Below are positions 37,561-49,073 of a DNA stretch of 64,000 nt, in pieces. The translations under genes and the position numbers were made by a program. Positions within the stretch are counted from its first letter, which is position 1. Each line of letters starts with the position of its first letter. The DNA comes from Malacoraja senta. Taxonomy: Eukaryota. The stretch lies in assembly GCA_038087875.1 (NCBI GenBank), contig CM075997.1, positions 2,668,001-2,732,000 on the forward strand. Direction: 5' to 3'. The notes beneath the pieces were generated by a model. It was not told where the DNA came from and did no database searches. It worked only from the letters and a program-made list of their open reading frames with translations.

Positions 37561-37828
37561 ACTCCCTCGTTTGCCCAAAGACGTACAGGTTTGTACGTTA
37601 ATTGGCTTGGTATAATTGTAAATTGTCCCTAGTGTGTGTGTGTAGGATAGAGTTAATGGGCGGAGATCGCTGGTGGGCACGGGGCTCGGTGGGCCGAAGG
37701 GCCTGTTTCCGTGCTGTATCTCTAGTTTGTGAACGGGCGATCGCTGGGTGAGCACGGTCTCGGTGGGCCGAAGGGCCTGTTTCCGCTGGTAATATGCCTC
37801 CCCCCCCCCCCACGGTGTGTTTGTGCAG

Positions 37829-38000
37829 GTTGCACGGTTCCTACTCCATCCTGTCGGGGGGGCTGGTGTCGGAGGCTATGGAGGACTTCACCGGCGGGAT
37901 CGCCGTGACCATGGAGATGGCCAACACCAAGCCCAAGGAGCTGTGGCACATGGTGAAGCAAGCTCTCAACAAACAGACGATGATCTCCTGCTCCATCGAG
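37829..38000 (+). CDS. Calpain exon 5 equivalent
   Basis: tgcag|G...GAG|gtaac; 172 bp; (K)LHGSYSILSGGLVSEAMEDFTGGIAVTMEMANTKPKELWHMVKQALNKQTMISCSIE; phase matches previous exon. Confidence 0.95.
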
Positions 38001-38461
38001 GTAACACCCCCACACCCCCTGCCTCCAGACGGTAGAGACACATTGTTCGTATCCTTCTGGCATCACCTCCTCCACAGCCAACAATGGACCATTGTGGGCT
38101 CCGCCTTTCCTTGATCATCGGTGGGCGGCTCTGATTTTGTTCTGTAACCTCTTTAAGTTTGAGCAGAGAAAAACTGCAGGGGCTGGTTTACACCGAAGAT
38201 AGACACGAAATGCTGGAGTAACTCCGCGGGATAGGCAGCATCTCCGGAGAGAAGGAACGGGTGACGCCTCGGGTTGAGACCCTTCTTCAGACTGAACGTC
38301 ACCCATTCCTTCTCCCCAGAGATGCTGCCTGACAGGCAGCATCTCTGGGGAGAAGGAATGGGTGACGTCAACTCTTGTGTCTATCTTCTGAGTCAACTGC
38401 TGAGTCAACTCTTCTGTCTATCTTCAGTGAAGCTTAATGCTTTTTTTGTGGGGATATGCAG

Positions 38462-38545
38462 GCTGACGGCTCGGAAGAGATGGAGACGGAGCGGCCTTTG
38501 GGCTTGTTGGCCGGACATGCCTACTCCATCGTAGCTGCGGACAGG
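38462..38545 (+). CDS. Calpain exon 6 equivalent, catalytic His
   Basis: tgcag|GCT...AGG|gtgag; 84 bp; ADGSEEMETERPLGLLAGHAYSIVAADR (GHAYS motif). Confidence 0.95.
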
Positions 38546-39153
38546 GTGAGTGTCTGGTCCTGGGCCAGAGAGCGCGGCTGGGGTGGGTGAACTGCCCCAA
38601 GTAATACTCCAATACTCCAATACTCGCAGGGCCTTGTGCTACTGGGCTGCCGGGTTTACTGAACCAGTGGATGTTAATTAAACTGTCCGATTCCCCTCCA
38701 TACCCCAATGCGGGCATCAGTCCTTATCTGTGACTATAGACTTGAGAGGGACGGCGCGGAAACAGGCACTTCGGCCCAACGAGTCCACGTCAAACTGCGA
38801 TCTCCGCACACTAACACTATCCCACACACATTAGGGACAATTTTACATTTACACCAAGCCAATTAACCTACGAACCTGAACGTCTTTGTGGAGTGTGGGA
38901 GGAAACCGAAGATCTTGGAGAAAACCCACGTAAGGTCACGGGGAGAACGTACAGACTCCGTGCAGACGGCACCCGTAGTCGGGATCGAACCGGGGTCTCT
39001 GGCGCCGTGAGGAAGCAACTCTACCGCTGCGCCCCTGTTGTTGGGATGCTGGGCGCTGCTACCTCACAGCGCCCGGCGTGAGCCTGCACGGGGTACGTGA
39101 CTCCCCACCGTTCCCACCCCCAACTCTCACTCGCTCACTCCTCCCCTCTGCAG

Positions 39154-39239
39154 GTCAGGCTGACGAACGCTTCCGTGAGACTCTTCCGACTGAGAAATCC
39201 GTGGGGGCGCAAGGAATACGACGGACCCTGGAGCGACAG
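39154..39239 (+). CDS. Calpain exon 7 equivalent, catalytic Asn
   Basis: ctgcag|GTC...AG|gtaac; 86 bp; VRLTNASVRLFRLRNPWGRKEYDGPWSD (RNPWG motif). Confidence 0.95.
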
Positions 39240-41029
39240 GTAACCGCAGAAACACTTGGAACGTCTCCGATCAGTGTCGTTTATTGTCACGTGTACCGAG
39301 GTACAGTGGCAAGCGTTTTGCTGCGTGCTAACCAGCCAGCGGAAAGACAATACATGATTACAATCGAGCCGTCCACAGTGTACAGATACAGGATAAAGGG
39401 AATCACGTTTAGTGCAAGGTAAAGCCAGTAAAGTCCGATCAAGGATAGTCCGAATAAGGTAGATAGTGGTTCAGCACTGGTTGTGGTAGGATGGTTCAGT
39501 TGCCTGATAACTGCTGGGAAGAAACAGTCCCTGAAGCTGGAGGTGTGCGCGTTTTCACACCTGTACCTTTTGCCCGATGGGAGAGGGGAGAAGAGGGAGT
39601 GGCCAGGGTGCGACTGGCCCTTGGTTATGCTGCTGGCCTTGACGAGGCAGCGTGAGGTGTAGATGGAGTCAATGGAAGGGAGGTTGATTTGCAGGACGGG
39701 TCATCTCCAGGGATTTTTGGCACGACCATAGTCATAGAATGATACAGTGTGAAAACAGGCCCTCCGGCCCAACTTGCCCACCCCAGCTAACATGTCCCAG
39801 TCACACTAGTCCCACCTGCCTGCGCTTGGTCCATATCCCTCCAAACTTGTCCTGTCCATGTACCTCTTTCTTAAACGTTGGGATAGTCCCAGCCTCAACT
39901 ACCTCCTCTGGCAGCTCGTTCCATACACCCACGACCCATTGTGTGAAAATATTACTTCTCAGATTCCTATTGTTTAAGAAAGAACTGCAGATGCTGGAAA
40001 AATCGAAGGTAGACAAAAATGCTGGAGAAACTCAGCGGGTGAGGCAGGATCTATGGAGAGAAGGAATTACGTCACCTATTCCTTCGCTCCATAGATGCTG
40101 CCTCACCCGCTGAGTTTCTCCAGCATTTTTGTCTATCTCAGATTCCTATTAAATCTTTTCCCCTTCACCTTAAACCTATGTCTTCTGGTCCTCGATTCAC
40201 CTACTCTGGGCAAGAGATTCTGTGCATCTGCCCGATCTATTCCTCTCATGATTTTATACACCTCGATAAAATCACCCCTCATCCTCCTGCGCTCCATGGA
40301 ATAGAGACCCAGCCTACTCAACCTCTCCTGATAGCTCACACCCTCTAGTCCAGGCAACATCCTCGTAAATCTTCTCTGTACCCTTTCCAGCTTGACAACA
40401 TCTTTCCTATAACACGGAGCCCAGAACCGAACACAATTCTGGGTTCAGAATTCTGGGTTGAACATAACGGACCAGGCTTGAACAGGAAGTAGAGTCACAG
40501 GGCATGTCATCACAGTCCCTCCAAACATGTCCATGAAGGGTCTTGCCTCGAAACCTACCCTATCTCCACAGATGCTGCCTGTCCCGCTGAGTTACTCCAG
40601 AATTTTGTATCTATCCCTGCCAACACAGAATAAAGATCCCCCCTCTCTCACCTCCACCCAGGGCTCCCAGTCACCCTTCCAGGTGAGACCGAGTTTGGGT
40701 TTAGATTGGTTTAGTGATACAGCGCAGAAACAGGCCCTTCGGCCCACCGAGTCCGTGCCGACCAGCGATCCCAGCACACTAGCAGTATCCTACACACACT
40801 AGGGACAATATACAATTTTTACTGACGCCAATTAACCTGCAAACCTGTACGTCTTTGGAGTGTGGGAGGAAACCGAAGATCTCGGAGAAAACCCACGCGG
40901 GTCACGGGGAGAAGGTACAGACAGCACCCGTAGTCGGGATGGAACCCGGGTCTCTGACGCTGCGAGGGAGCAACTCTACCGCGCCGCCCTTCTCCTCTGT
41001 CCCTTCACCGTACCACCTTCTCTTGGCAG

Positions 41030-41107
41030 GTCCACCGTGTGGAATGAGGTGAGCCAGGAGGAGAAGATCAGGCTCAAGCTGAAGTTCACTGAGGAGGGTG
41101 AATTCTG
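41030..41107 (+). CDS. Calpain exon 8 equivalent
   Basis: ggcag|G...TG|gtgag; 78 bp; (R)STVWNEVSQEEKIRLKLKFTEEGEFW (GEFW motif). Confidence 0.93.
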
Positions 41108-41264
41108 GTGAGTCCTTCACTCCCAAACCTTGATCCAACCCAGAGGCTCGAAGGCGTCGTGCTTGTGAAGGGAGACGTGATACGTGGAATCCTGCGTCGT
41201 GCTTCACTGTTTGTCGGCCAGAATTCTCCGCCCTCATAGAAACATAGAAAAATCATGGCCTGAC

Positions 41265-42110
41265 GTATCGTATCGTATTATGTCGCGTCGTACCGTGGCG
41301 TATCGTATCACGATGTATTGTATTGTGACATATCGTGGCATATCATATTGTGATGTATCCTAGCGTGACGCATCTTATCGCGATATATCGTATTTTGACA
41401 TATCGTGGACTATCGTACCGTATCGTGATGTATCGTGAAGTATTATAGCGTGGCCTATCCAGAACCAGGGGCCACACACAGTTTAAGAATAAGGAGTAAG
41501 CCATTTGGAACGGAGACGAGGAAACACTTTTTCTCACAGAGAGTGGTGAGTCTGTGGAATTCTCTGCCTCAGAGGGTGGTGGAGGCAGGTTCTCTGGATG
41601 CTTTCAAGAGAGAGCTAGATAGGGCTCTTAAAAATAGCAGAGTCTGGGGATATGGGGAGAAGGCAGGAACGGGGTACTGATTGGGGATGATCAGCCATGA
41701 TCACATTGAATGCCGGTGCTGGCTCGAAGGGCCAAATGGCCTACTCCTGCACCTATTGTCTATTGTCTATTTTATTGTATCGTATCGTGATGTATCGTGA
41801 CGCATTATAGCGTGACGTATTCTATCGTATCGCGACATATAGTATCATATCGTGATGTATCGTGACGCATTATAGCGTGACGTATTCTATCGTATCGCGA
41901 CATATAGTATCATATCGTGATGTATCGTGACGCATTATAGCGTGATGTATTCTATCGTATCGCGACATATAGTATCATATCGTGATATATCGTGACGCAT
42001 TATAGCGTGACGTATTCTATCGTATCGCGACATATAGTATCGTATCGTGATGTATCGTGACGCATTATATCGTGACGTATTCTATCGTATCGCTACGTAT
42101 AGTATGGTAT
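41265..42110. repeat. CpG-rich (TATCG)-derived tandem repeat with a 65-bp higher-order unit, split by a CR1 fragment
   Basis: tctatcgtatcgc recurs at 41821, 41886, 41951, 42016, 42081. Confidence 0.85.
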
Positions 42111-42142
42111 GGTGTGGTAACCTCGCTCCCGCCCTCCTGCAG

Positions 42143-42297
42143 GATTCCCGCCAATATACTGGTGGAGCAGTTCAGCCACGTGGAGCTGTGCAGCCACGAC
42201 CCCTTGTGCGATGACACCGCGGGGTGTGTGTGGGGAATCACCAACCACGAGGGCATGTGGATGGCAGGAATCAGTGCCGGCGGCAATTTCGGCAAAG
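42143..42297 (+). CDS. Calpain exon 9 equivalent (end of PC2, start of CBSW/C2-like domain)
   Basis: ctgcag|G...G|gtacg; 155 bp; (W)IPANILVEQFSHVELCSHDPLCDDTAGCVWGITNHEGMWMAGISAGGNFGK. Confidence 0.92.
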
Positions 42298-42809
42298 GTA
42301 CGGCGAGGCGGTGGTTGGGGGGGGAGGGTGGGGCAGTGGGGGAGTAGAGGGGAGGGGGGGCAGTGATGGGGTGGAGAGGAGAAGGGGGGGGGGTGGTGGG
42401 GGGGATCTCCCGGTCAATTGGTAAAGCCCTGAGGGACAGATTGGATCCACACTTGGTGGCGCAGCGGTAGAGTTGCGGCCTCACCGCGCCAGAGACCCGG
42501 GTTCGATCCTGACTACGGGTGCTGTCTGTACGGAGTTTGTACGTTTTCCCCGTGACCTGCGTGAGTTTACTCCGGGTGCTCCGGTTTCCTCCCACACTCC
42601 AAAGACGTGCAGGTTTGCAGTAACCTGTTTGTAATAACTTGTAGTAATGTGTAAACACATTTACAAGTTGCCTTTGGTATAATTGTAAATTGTCTCTAGT
42701 GTGTAGGGTGGTGCTAGTGTGCGGGGATCGCGGGGTGAGTGGGCCGAAGGGCCTGTGTCCGTGTTGTATCTCTAAACTAAACTAAAGGCAGGGATAAAAG
42801 GAAAATACT

Positions 42810-43148
42810 GTGTTGTGAGCGTGTTGTATGTGTGTTGTATGTATGTTGTATGCATGTTGTGTGCTTGTTGTGTGCGTTTTGTATGCATGTTGTGAGCGTG
42901 TTGTATGCATGTTGTATGCGTGTTGTGTGCGTGTTCTATGTGTGTTGTATGTGTGTTGTGTGCTTGTTGTATGTGTTTTGTATGCATGTTGTGAGTGTGT
43001 TGTATGCGTGTTGTATGCGTGTTGTGAGCGTGTTGTGTGCGTGTTGTATGTGCGTTGTATGCATGTTGTATGTGTGTTGTGTGCTTGTTGTATGCGTTTT
43101 GTATGCATGTTGTGTGCATGTTGTGTGCGTGTTGTATGCGTGTTGTGT
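42810..43148. repeat. ~11-bp tandem repeat (tgttgtatgcg)n
   Basis: Visible directly. Confidence 0.85.
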
Positions 43149-43894
43149 GGCCCTTATCCAGAGCTGATCCTTCTGACTAATTATTTTAGACTATAGACTT
43201 TAGAGATACTGCGTGGAAACAGGCCATTCGGCCCACTGAGTCCGCGCTGACAGTGCTAGATTACACCCTCACTATCCTACACAGCAGGGACAATTTTCTA
43301 ATTTACAGGAGCCAATTAACCTACAAAGCTGTGTGTCTCTGGAGTGTGGGAGGAAAGCGGAGCCCCTTGGAGCAGTGGCAGGAGAGAGGGAGCAAGGTTC
43401 AAGGGTCGATTCCCAAAGGTTCTGACCTACAAACACATTGAGGGTTGAGTGGGGGGGGGGGGGGGGGGGGGTTGATCGAATGAGGCCTACAAAGTACGCC
43501 ATGGATAGGTCAGAGAAAGGGAGGTTGTTCCCCGTAGCAAGATTCCAAAACGAGAGAGCATTGAGTTAGGGTAAGAGTGACAGAGTGTTAATGTGAAGGA
43601 GAAATTTTAAATGCTTTATTAATATACCCTAATGTACCCAGACCCGAAGTCTGCTGTACTTAATATTACTTAGATGTATCTCTATAGTCTCAAAACAGTA
43701 ATTCCTCTTACCACAAGTTGTCTTCTTAAGGATATTGGCAGGGAAACGGATCCACCTCTGATGAGGGACTGCAAAATTCCCGGGAGTTTTACTCGTAAGT
43801 TCGGATCCAATGGATCCGATTGGGCTTTTACTTCCTTCAAGGTCCCGGTCAGACTGTAGCCACTTACTCAGTCGTCGGTGATGTCCCCAGCAAT

Positions 43895-43912
43895 ACCCTG
43901 CTCGCAGCCCCA
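43895..43912 (-). other. Primer-binding site complementary to the tRNA-Ser 3' end
   Basis: Minus strand TGGGGCTGCGAGCAGGGT, 2 nt after the LTR's terminal CA; 16/18 match to TGGCGCAGCGAGCAGGGT, the complement of a vertebrate tRNA-Ser 3' end as I recall it. Confidence 0.75.
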
Positions 43913-43914
43913 AA

Positions 43915-44578
43915 TGTAAAAGTTATAGTTCGTTACAAGACAACAGAGTACATCAGAACAAATGATCATTTAAAAGAATTAAGCTTTATCACGGTAGTGG
44001 GGGAGTTAGCAAGAGTATGGTTACATACTGCTTGTCTCTCGAAGACCCACTCGCTGAAAGAGTGGGCAAGCAGCATATATATATACACACAAAAAGGAGA
44101 AGCATTCAAAGGTGATAATGAGTCCAAATACATATTGGTCATGTCAACTTATTCATATCTTCTGCCAACAGACGAGAAGATGGCCAATAGGTCCGTTACT
44201 GGTTTAACCACATTTTGTCGACATACTCAGTACTAACGACACAATTACTAGACATGTTCACCTTCTGCACTACTCCAACTTCCAGTTACTTTCCCTGTCA
44301 AGGTTTAGAAGTATTATCCCAGGAAACAACTATATAGATGTTTTCTCCCGTGTTCTATCGCTACCATTCAGTTAATCCTAAATTAGGCGTTTGCTGTAGC
44401 CCGCACTATGAAGTAAGTTTTTGCTCAAGCCTTGCTAGTCTCATTTCGTTTCTCAATTTTAATTAGATAATGCCTCTATGCTCAACTCCAGCATAGGTCA
44501 AGTAACATATTTCAACGTTCAGCATTTAATCAAGCATTATAGGTATATAGATAAAGCATTTAAAATTTCTCCTTCACA
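43915..44578 (-). mobile_element. Retroviral-type LTR (~664 bp)
   Basis: Minus strand starts TGTGAAGG and ends CTTTTACA (imperfect terminal inverted repeat). CCAAT at ~44134-44138, TATATATAT at ~44075-44085, poly(A)-signal variant GATAAA at ~43985-43990, then a GT/T-rich U5-like tract. Followed directly by a primer-binding site. Confidence 0.75.
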
Positions 44579-47376
44579 ATACAGCGTGGAAAGAGGTCCT
44601 TCAGCCCAACTTGCCCACACCGGCCAACATGTCCCAGCTACACTAGTCCCACCTGCCCGCGCTTGGTCCATATCCCTCCAAACCTGTCCCATCCATGTAC
44701 CTGTCCAACTGTTTCTTAAACGTTGGGATAGTCCCAGCCTCAACTACCTCCTCTGGCAGCTTGTTCCATACACCCTCTGTGTGAAAATGTTACCCCTCAG
44801 ATTCCTATTAAATCTTTTCCCCTTCACCTTGAACCTATGTCCTCTGGTCCTCAATTCCCCCTAATCTGGGCAAGAGATTCCGTGCAACTAAGGAAAATAA
44901 ATTTAATCTTCTAGGAACACACAGCCTGGGGGAGATTCTCACAACAGATTGAGAGTATTTAAACCAGCACTTGTAATGTCTACATCAGGATGGGTGGAGT
45001 CATAGAGTCAAACATTGTAGAAACAGGCCCTTCGGCCCAACCTTCCCACCACCGACCAACATTCTTACACCAGTCTCACCTGCCTGCGTTAGGTCCAGAG
45101 AAGGTTTAGAAGTATTATCCCAGGAATGGTCGGGTTAACATTTTCTGAGCGTTTGAAGGCGCTGGGCCTCAAATCGCTGGAGTTTAGAAGGTTGAGGGGC
45201 GACCTCATTGAAACTTACAAAACACCAAAAGGCCTGGATAGAGTGGATGTGGAGAGGATGTTTCCTCTGGTGGGAGAGTCTAGGAATAGAGGTCATAGCC
45301 TCAGAATTTAAAAACGCCCCTTTAGAAAGGAGACGAGGAGGAATTTCTTTAGTTAGAGGCTGGTGAATCTGTGAAATTCTTTGCCATAGAAGGCTGTGGA
45401 GGCCAAGTCGGTGGATATTTTTAAGGTAGAGATAGATAGATTCTTGATTACTACAGGAGTCAGTTGTTATGGAGAGAAGGCAGGAAAATGGGGTTGAGAG
45501 GGAGAGATAGATCAGCCATGTGGTTTAGACTTGAGGGCCGAATTGTCCAATTCAGTTCCTAGAACGTATAGGCAATGGACAATAGACAATAGGTGCAGGA
45601 GTAGGCCATTCGAGCCAGCACCGCCATTCAATGTGATCATGGCTGATCATCCCCAATCAGTACCCCGTTCCTGCCTTCTCCCCATACCCCTTAACTCTGC
45701 TATCCCTAAGAGCCCTAACTAACTCTCTCTTGAAAACATCCAGAGAACCGGCCTCCACCGCCCTCTGAGGAAAAGGATCCCACAAATCACTCACAACTCT
45801 GTGTGTGAAAAAGAGTCTTATGGAAATGATCTTATGGAAGTGCAGATGCTGGTTTACACCAAAGATAGACACAGAATGCTGGAGTAACTCAGCGGGTCAG
45901 GCAGCATCTCTGTAGTACATGGATCTGTTCCTATCACTTAAGACCAGACGGCAGGCTGTTTAGGTTAGAGATACAGTGTGGAAACAGGCCCTTCGGCCGA
46001 CCTAGCCTGCCTGCACTGACCAGCGATCCCTGCACATTTATGCTACCCTACACACACTAGGGACAATTTACATTTATACCAAGCCAATTAACCTACAAAC
46101 CTGCACGTCTTTGGAGTGCGGGAGGAAACCGAAGATCTCGGAGAAAACCCTCGCAGGTCACGGGGAGAACGTCCAAACTCCGTACAGAGCTGACAGCGCT
46201 GTAGGGCAGCAACGCTAACGCTTTGCCACTGCTGCTCCGTGCCAGCGGTGCTGCAGCCAGCAAGGTTTTCATTCTGCCCGCACCTCGCCCTGCTTGTGCA
46301 GCTGACAATAAACCCGAGTTCGAGAAGGTGGCACGATGGCGCAGCAGTAGTTGCTGCCAGGGAGATGGCAAGATAAGGCTTGGATGGGGGTACCCTTGCC
46401 CAACCCCCCCCCCCCCCCCCACACTGCCGCCTGCCCCCCACCGCCCCCACCTCACATTGGAACATATAAGATTGTTAAGGCTTTGGACACGCTAGAGGCA
46501 GGAAACATGTTCCCGATGTTGGGGGAGTCCAGAACCAGGGGCCACAGTTTAAGAATAAGGAGTAAGCCATTTAGAACGGAGACGAGGAAACAGAGAGTGG
46601 TGAGTCTGTGGAATTGTCTGCCTCAGAGGGCGGTGGAGGCAGGTTCTCTGGATGCTTTCAAGAGAGAGCTAGATAGGGCTCTTAAAAATAGCGGAGTCAG
46701 GGGATATGGGGAGAAGGCAGGAACGGGGTACTGATTGGGGATGATCAGCCATGATCACATTGAATGGCGGTGCTGGCTCGAAGGGCCGAATGGCCTACTC
46801 CTGCACCTATTGTCTGTTGTCTATTGTCTATAGACCCCTCACCCCTCCCTCCGCACACACACACACACACAGTGGGATGCAGTAAGGATCGCTCCTTCCA
46901 CTGCTGAGTGAGACAGATTCCCTTCCCTCCCACACATCCCACCAAGTCAGGGCTTGTCGAGGAATGCAGCCGCCCTCCTGGGAGCTGACACTGGGACAAA
47001 GTTCCACGCCCCCGCAGCTGGCACCGTGCCCAGCCCGAGCTGCCCACCGCCCTGTCATGGACCGCCACGGCTTGGCACACCGCCACACGACCTTCTCTCC
47101 AGAGATGCTGCCTGACCCGCTGAGTAACTCCAGCATTTTGTGTCTGCCTTCAGTGTAAAGCAGCACCTGCAGTTCCTTCCTGCACATTAGTTCAGCACCG
47201 CTGTCTAGTTGCAGCAGGATGGTTCAGTTGCCTGATAACAGCCGGGAAGAAGCTCGGGGAAGAACGTTGAGTGATATTGTTGGTTCATTGAGGGGGTGCT
47301 GAGCGGGGGGTAACCGGACCTGTCACTGATACTGCCGCCCCTCTCCCCTGCTGCCTCCCACGCATGTCTCGCCCAG

Positions 47377-47537
47377 ACACGTTCTCCCGCAACCCGCAGT
47401 TCCGGCTGCAGCTGCTGGAGGAGGACGAGGAGTCACATGGGGGCTCGCCGGCCTGCACCGTCGCCGTGCAGCTGCTGCAGAAAGATGGGCGCAAGACCGG
47501 CTCCACGCACCTGTTCATCGCATTCCACATCTTCGCA
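47377..47537 (+). CDS. Calpain exon 10 equivalent (CBSW domain with acidic loop)
   Basis: cccag|AC...GCA|gtgag; 161 bp; (D)TFSRNPQFRLQLLEEDEESHGGSPACTVAVQLLQKDGRKTGSTHLFIAFHIFA. Confidence 0.93.
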
Positions 47538-48220
47538 GTGAGTGACGCACATGTGCACACTTGCACTCGCACACGCTCACTCACACTCACACTCACACTC
47601 ACGTACACATGTGTACACTCACACACACACATGCTCACTCACACACGCTCACTCACATACACATGCACACGTGCTCACTCACATATCCATGCATTCACGC
47701 ACGCACACTCACACACACTCGCTCACACTCACTCACACACACATACTCACTATTGCACAAATGATGTGTGTGTGTGTATGATGTGTGTGTATATACATGT
47801 GTGTTATATGTGTGTGTGCACGTGAACGCGAGTGTGTATGTTTGTGTGTGTGTATGCACGTGTGTGCGTGTGTGTGTGTATGCACATGTGTGCGTGTGTG
47901 TGTGTATGCACGTGTGTGTGTGTGTGCGCGTGCGTGTGTGCGCGAGTGTGTATGTTTGTGTGTGCGTGTATGCACGTGTGTGTGCGCGTGAGCGTGTGCG
48001 TGCGTGTGTGCGCGTGAGCGTGTGCGTGCCTGTGTGCGCGAGTGTGTATGTTTGTGTGTGTGTGTATGCACGTGTGTGTGCGTGTGCATGTGCGCGCTTG
48101 TGTGCGTGTGCGCGCGAGTGTGTATGTTTGTGTGTGTGTGTATGCACGTGTGTGTATGTGCGTGTGCACGCGTGTGTACTGCATGTTACCAGGTTCTAAC
48201 CTGTTCTCTTTCTATTCCAG

Positions 48221-48232
48221 GTGCCTAAGTGG
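48221..48232 (+). CDS. Calpain 12-nt micro-exon (exon 11 equivalent)
   Basis: ttctctttctattccag|GTG CCT AAG TGG|gtaggt = VPKW; classical calpains have a 12-nt VPxx exon at this position. Confidence 0.85.
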
Positions 48233-49073
48233 GTAGGTATGGTGCAACCACCATCAGCCTGACCTCTCTCCCACGTTCCTAGCCCTGGTCTCCCCCACCC
48301 TCGCCCCCCCCCCACCCCGTCCCTGTCCCCACCCTCCCCACCCTCCCCCTCGCCTCGCTGCCAACCTCGACACCCACCCTCAGCCTCCTCCTCTCACCCC
48401 CCCCTGGCACCCCCCCGCCCCGCCCCTCACCCCCACCTTCGCCCCCTACCCGTACACTAACACTATCCTACACACTCGGGACTATTCACAATTTTACCAA
48501 AGACAATTATCCTACAAACCTGGACGTCTTTGGAGTGTGGGAGGAAACCGGAGCACCCGGAGAAAACCCACGCGGTCACGGGGAGAACGTACAAACTCCG
48601 TACAGACAGCACCCGTAGTCAGGATCCAACCCGGGTCTCTGGCGCTGTGAGGCAGCAGCTCTACCGCCTCGCCAGCGCGTGGAGAGAGAATAAAATGTGA
48701 TGCGTGCAAATGGGTGGCATGAAGGGCCGAAGGGCCTGTATGTGCTCATCTGTTCAGTCACACCTCACGGCAGCGCAGAGGGAGAGTCGCTGCCTCACAG
48801 CGCCAGAGACCCGGGTTCCATGCCGATTACGGGGTGCCGTCTGTACGGAGTTTGTACGTTCTCCCCGTGACCTAGTGGGTTTTCCCCGGGAGCTCCGGTT
48901 TCCTCCCACACTCCGAAGACGTACAGGGTTGCAGGTTGATTGGCTTTGGTACAAATGTAAAATTGTCCCTAGTGTGCGGGTGGGATGGTGTTAATGTGCG
49001 GGGATCGCTGGTTGCCGTGGGCCGATTGGCCTGTTTCCGCGCTGTATCTCTAAACTGGATCACCCCTCTCAAG

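Noticed and set aside
43743..43765. GAAAC...CTGATGAG as a hammerhead ribozyme
   Set aside because: Only ~10 nt between the motifs; stems I and III and a cleavage triplet cannot be formed
43820..44236. 138-aa ORF inside the TIR-bounded element
   Set aside because: Non-ATG start, antisense to the LTR/PBS, no recognisable motif; probably chance
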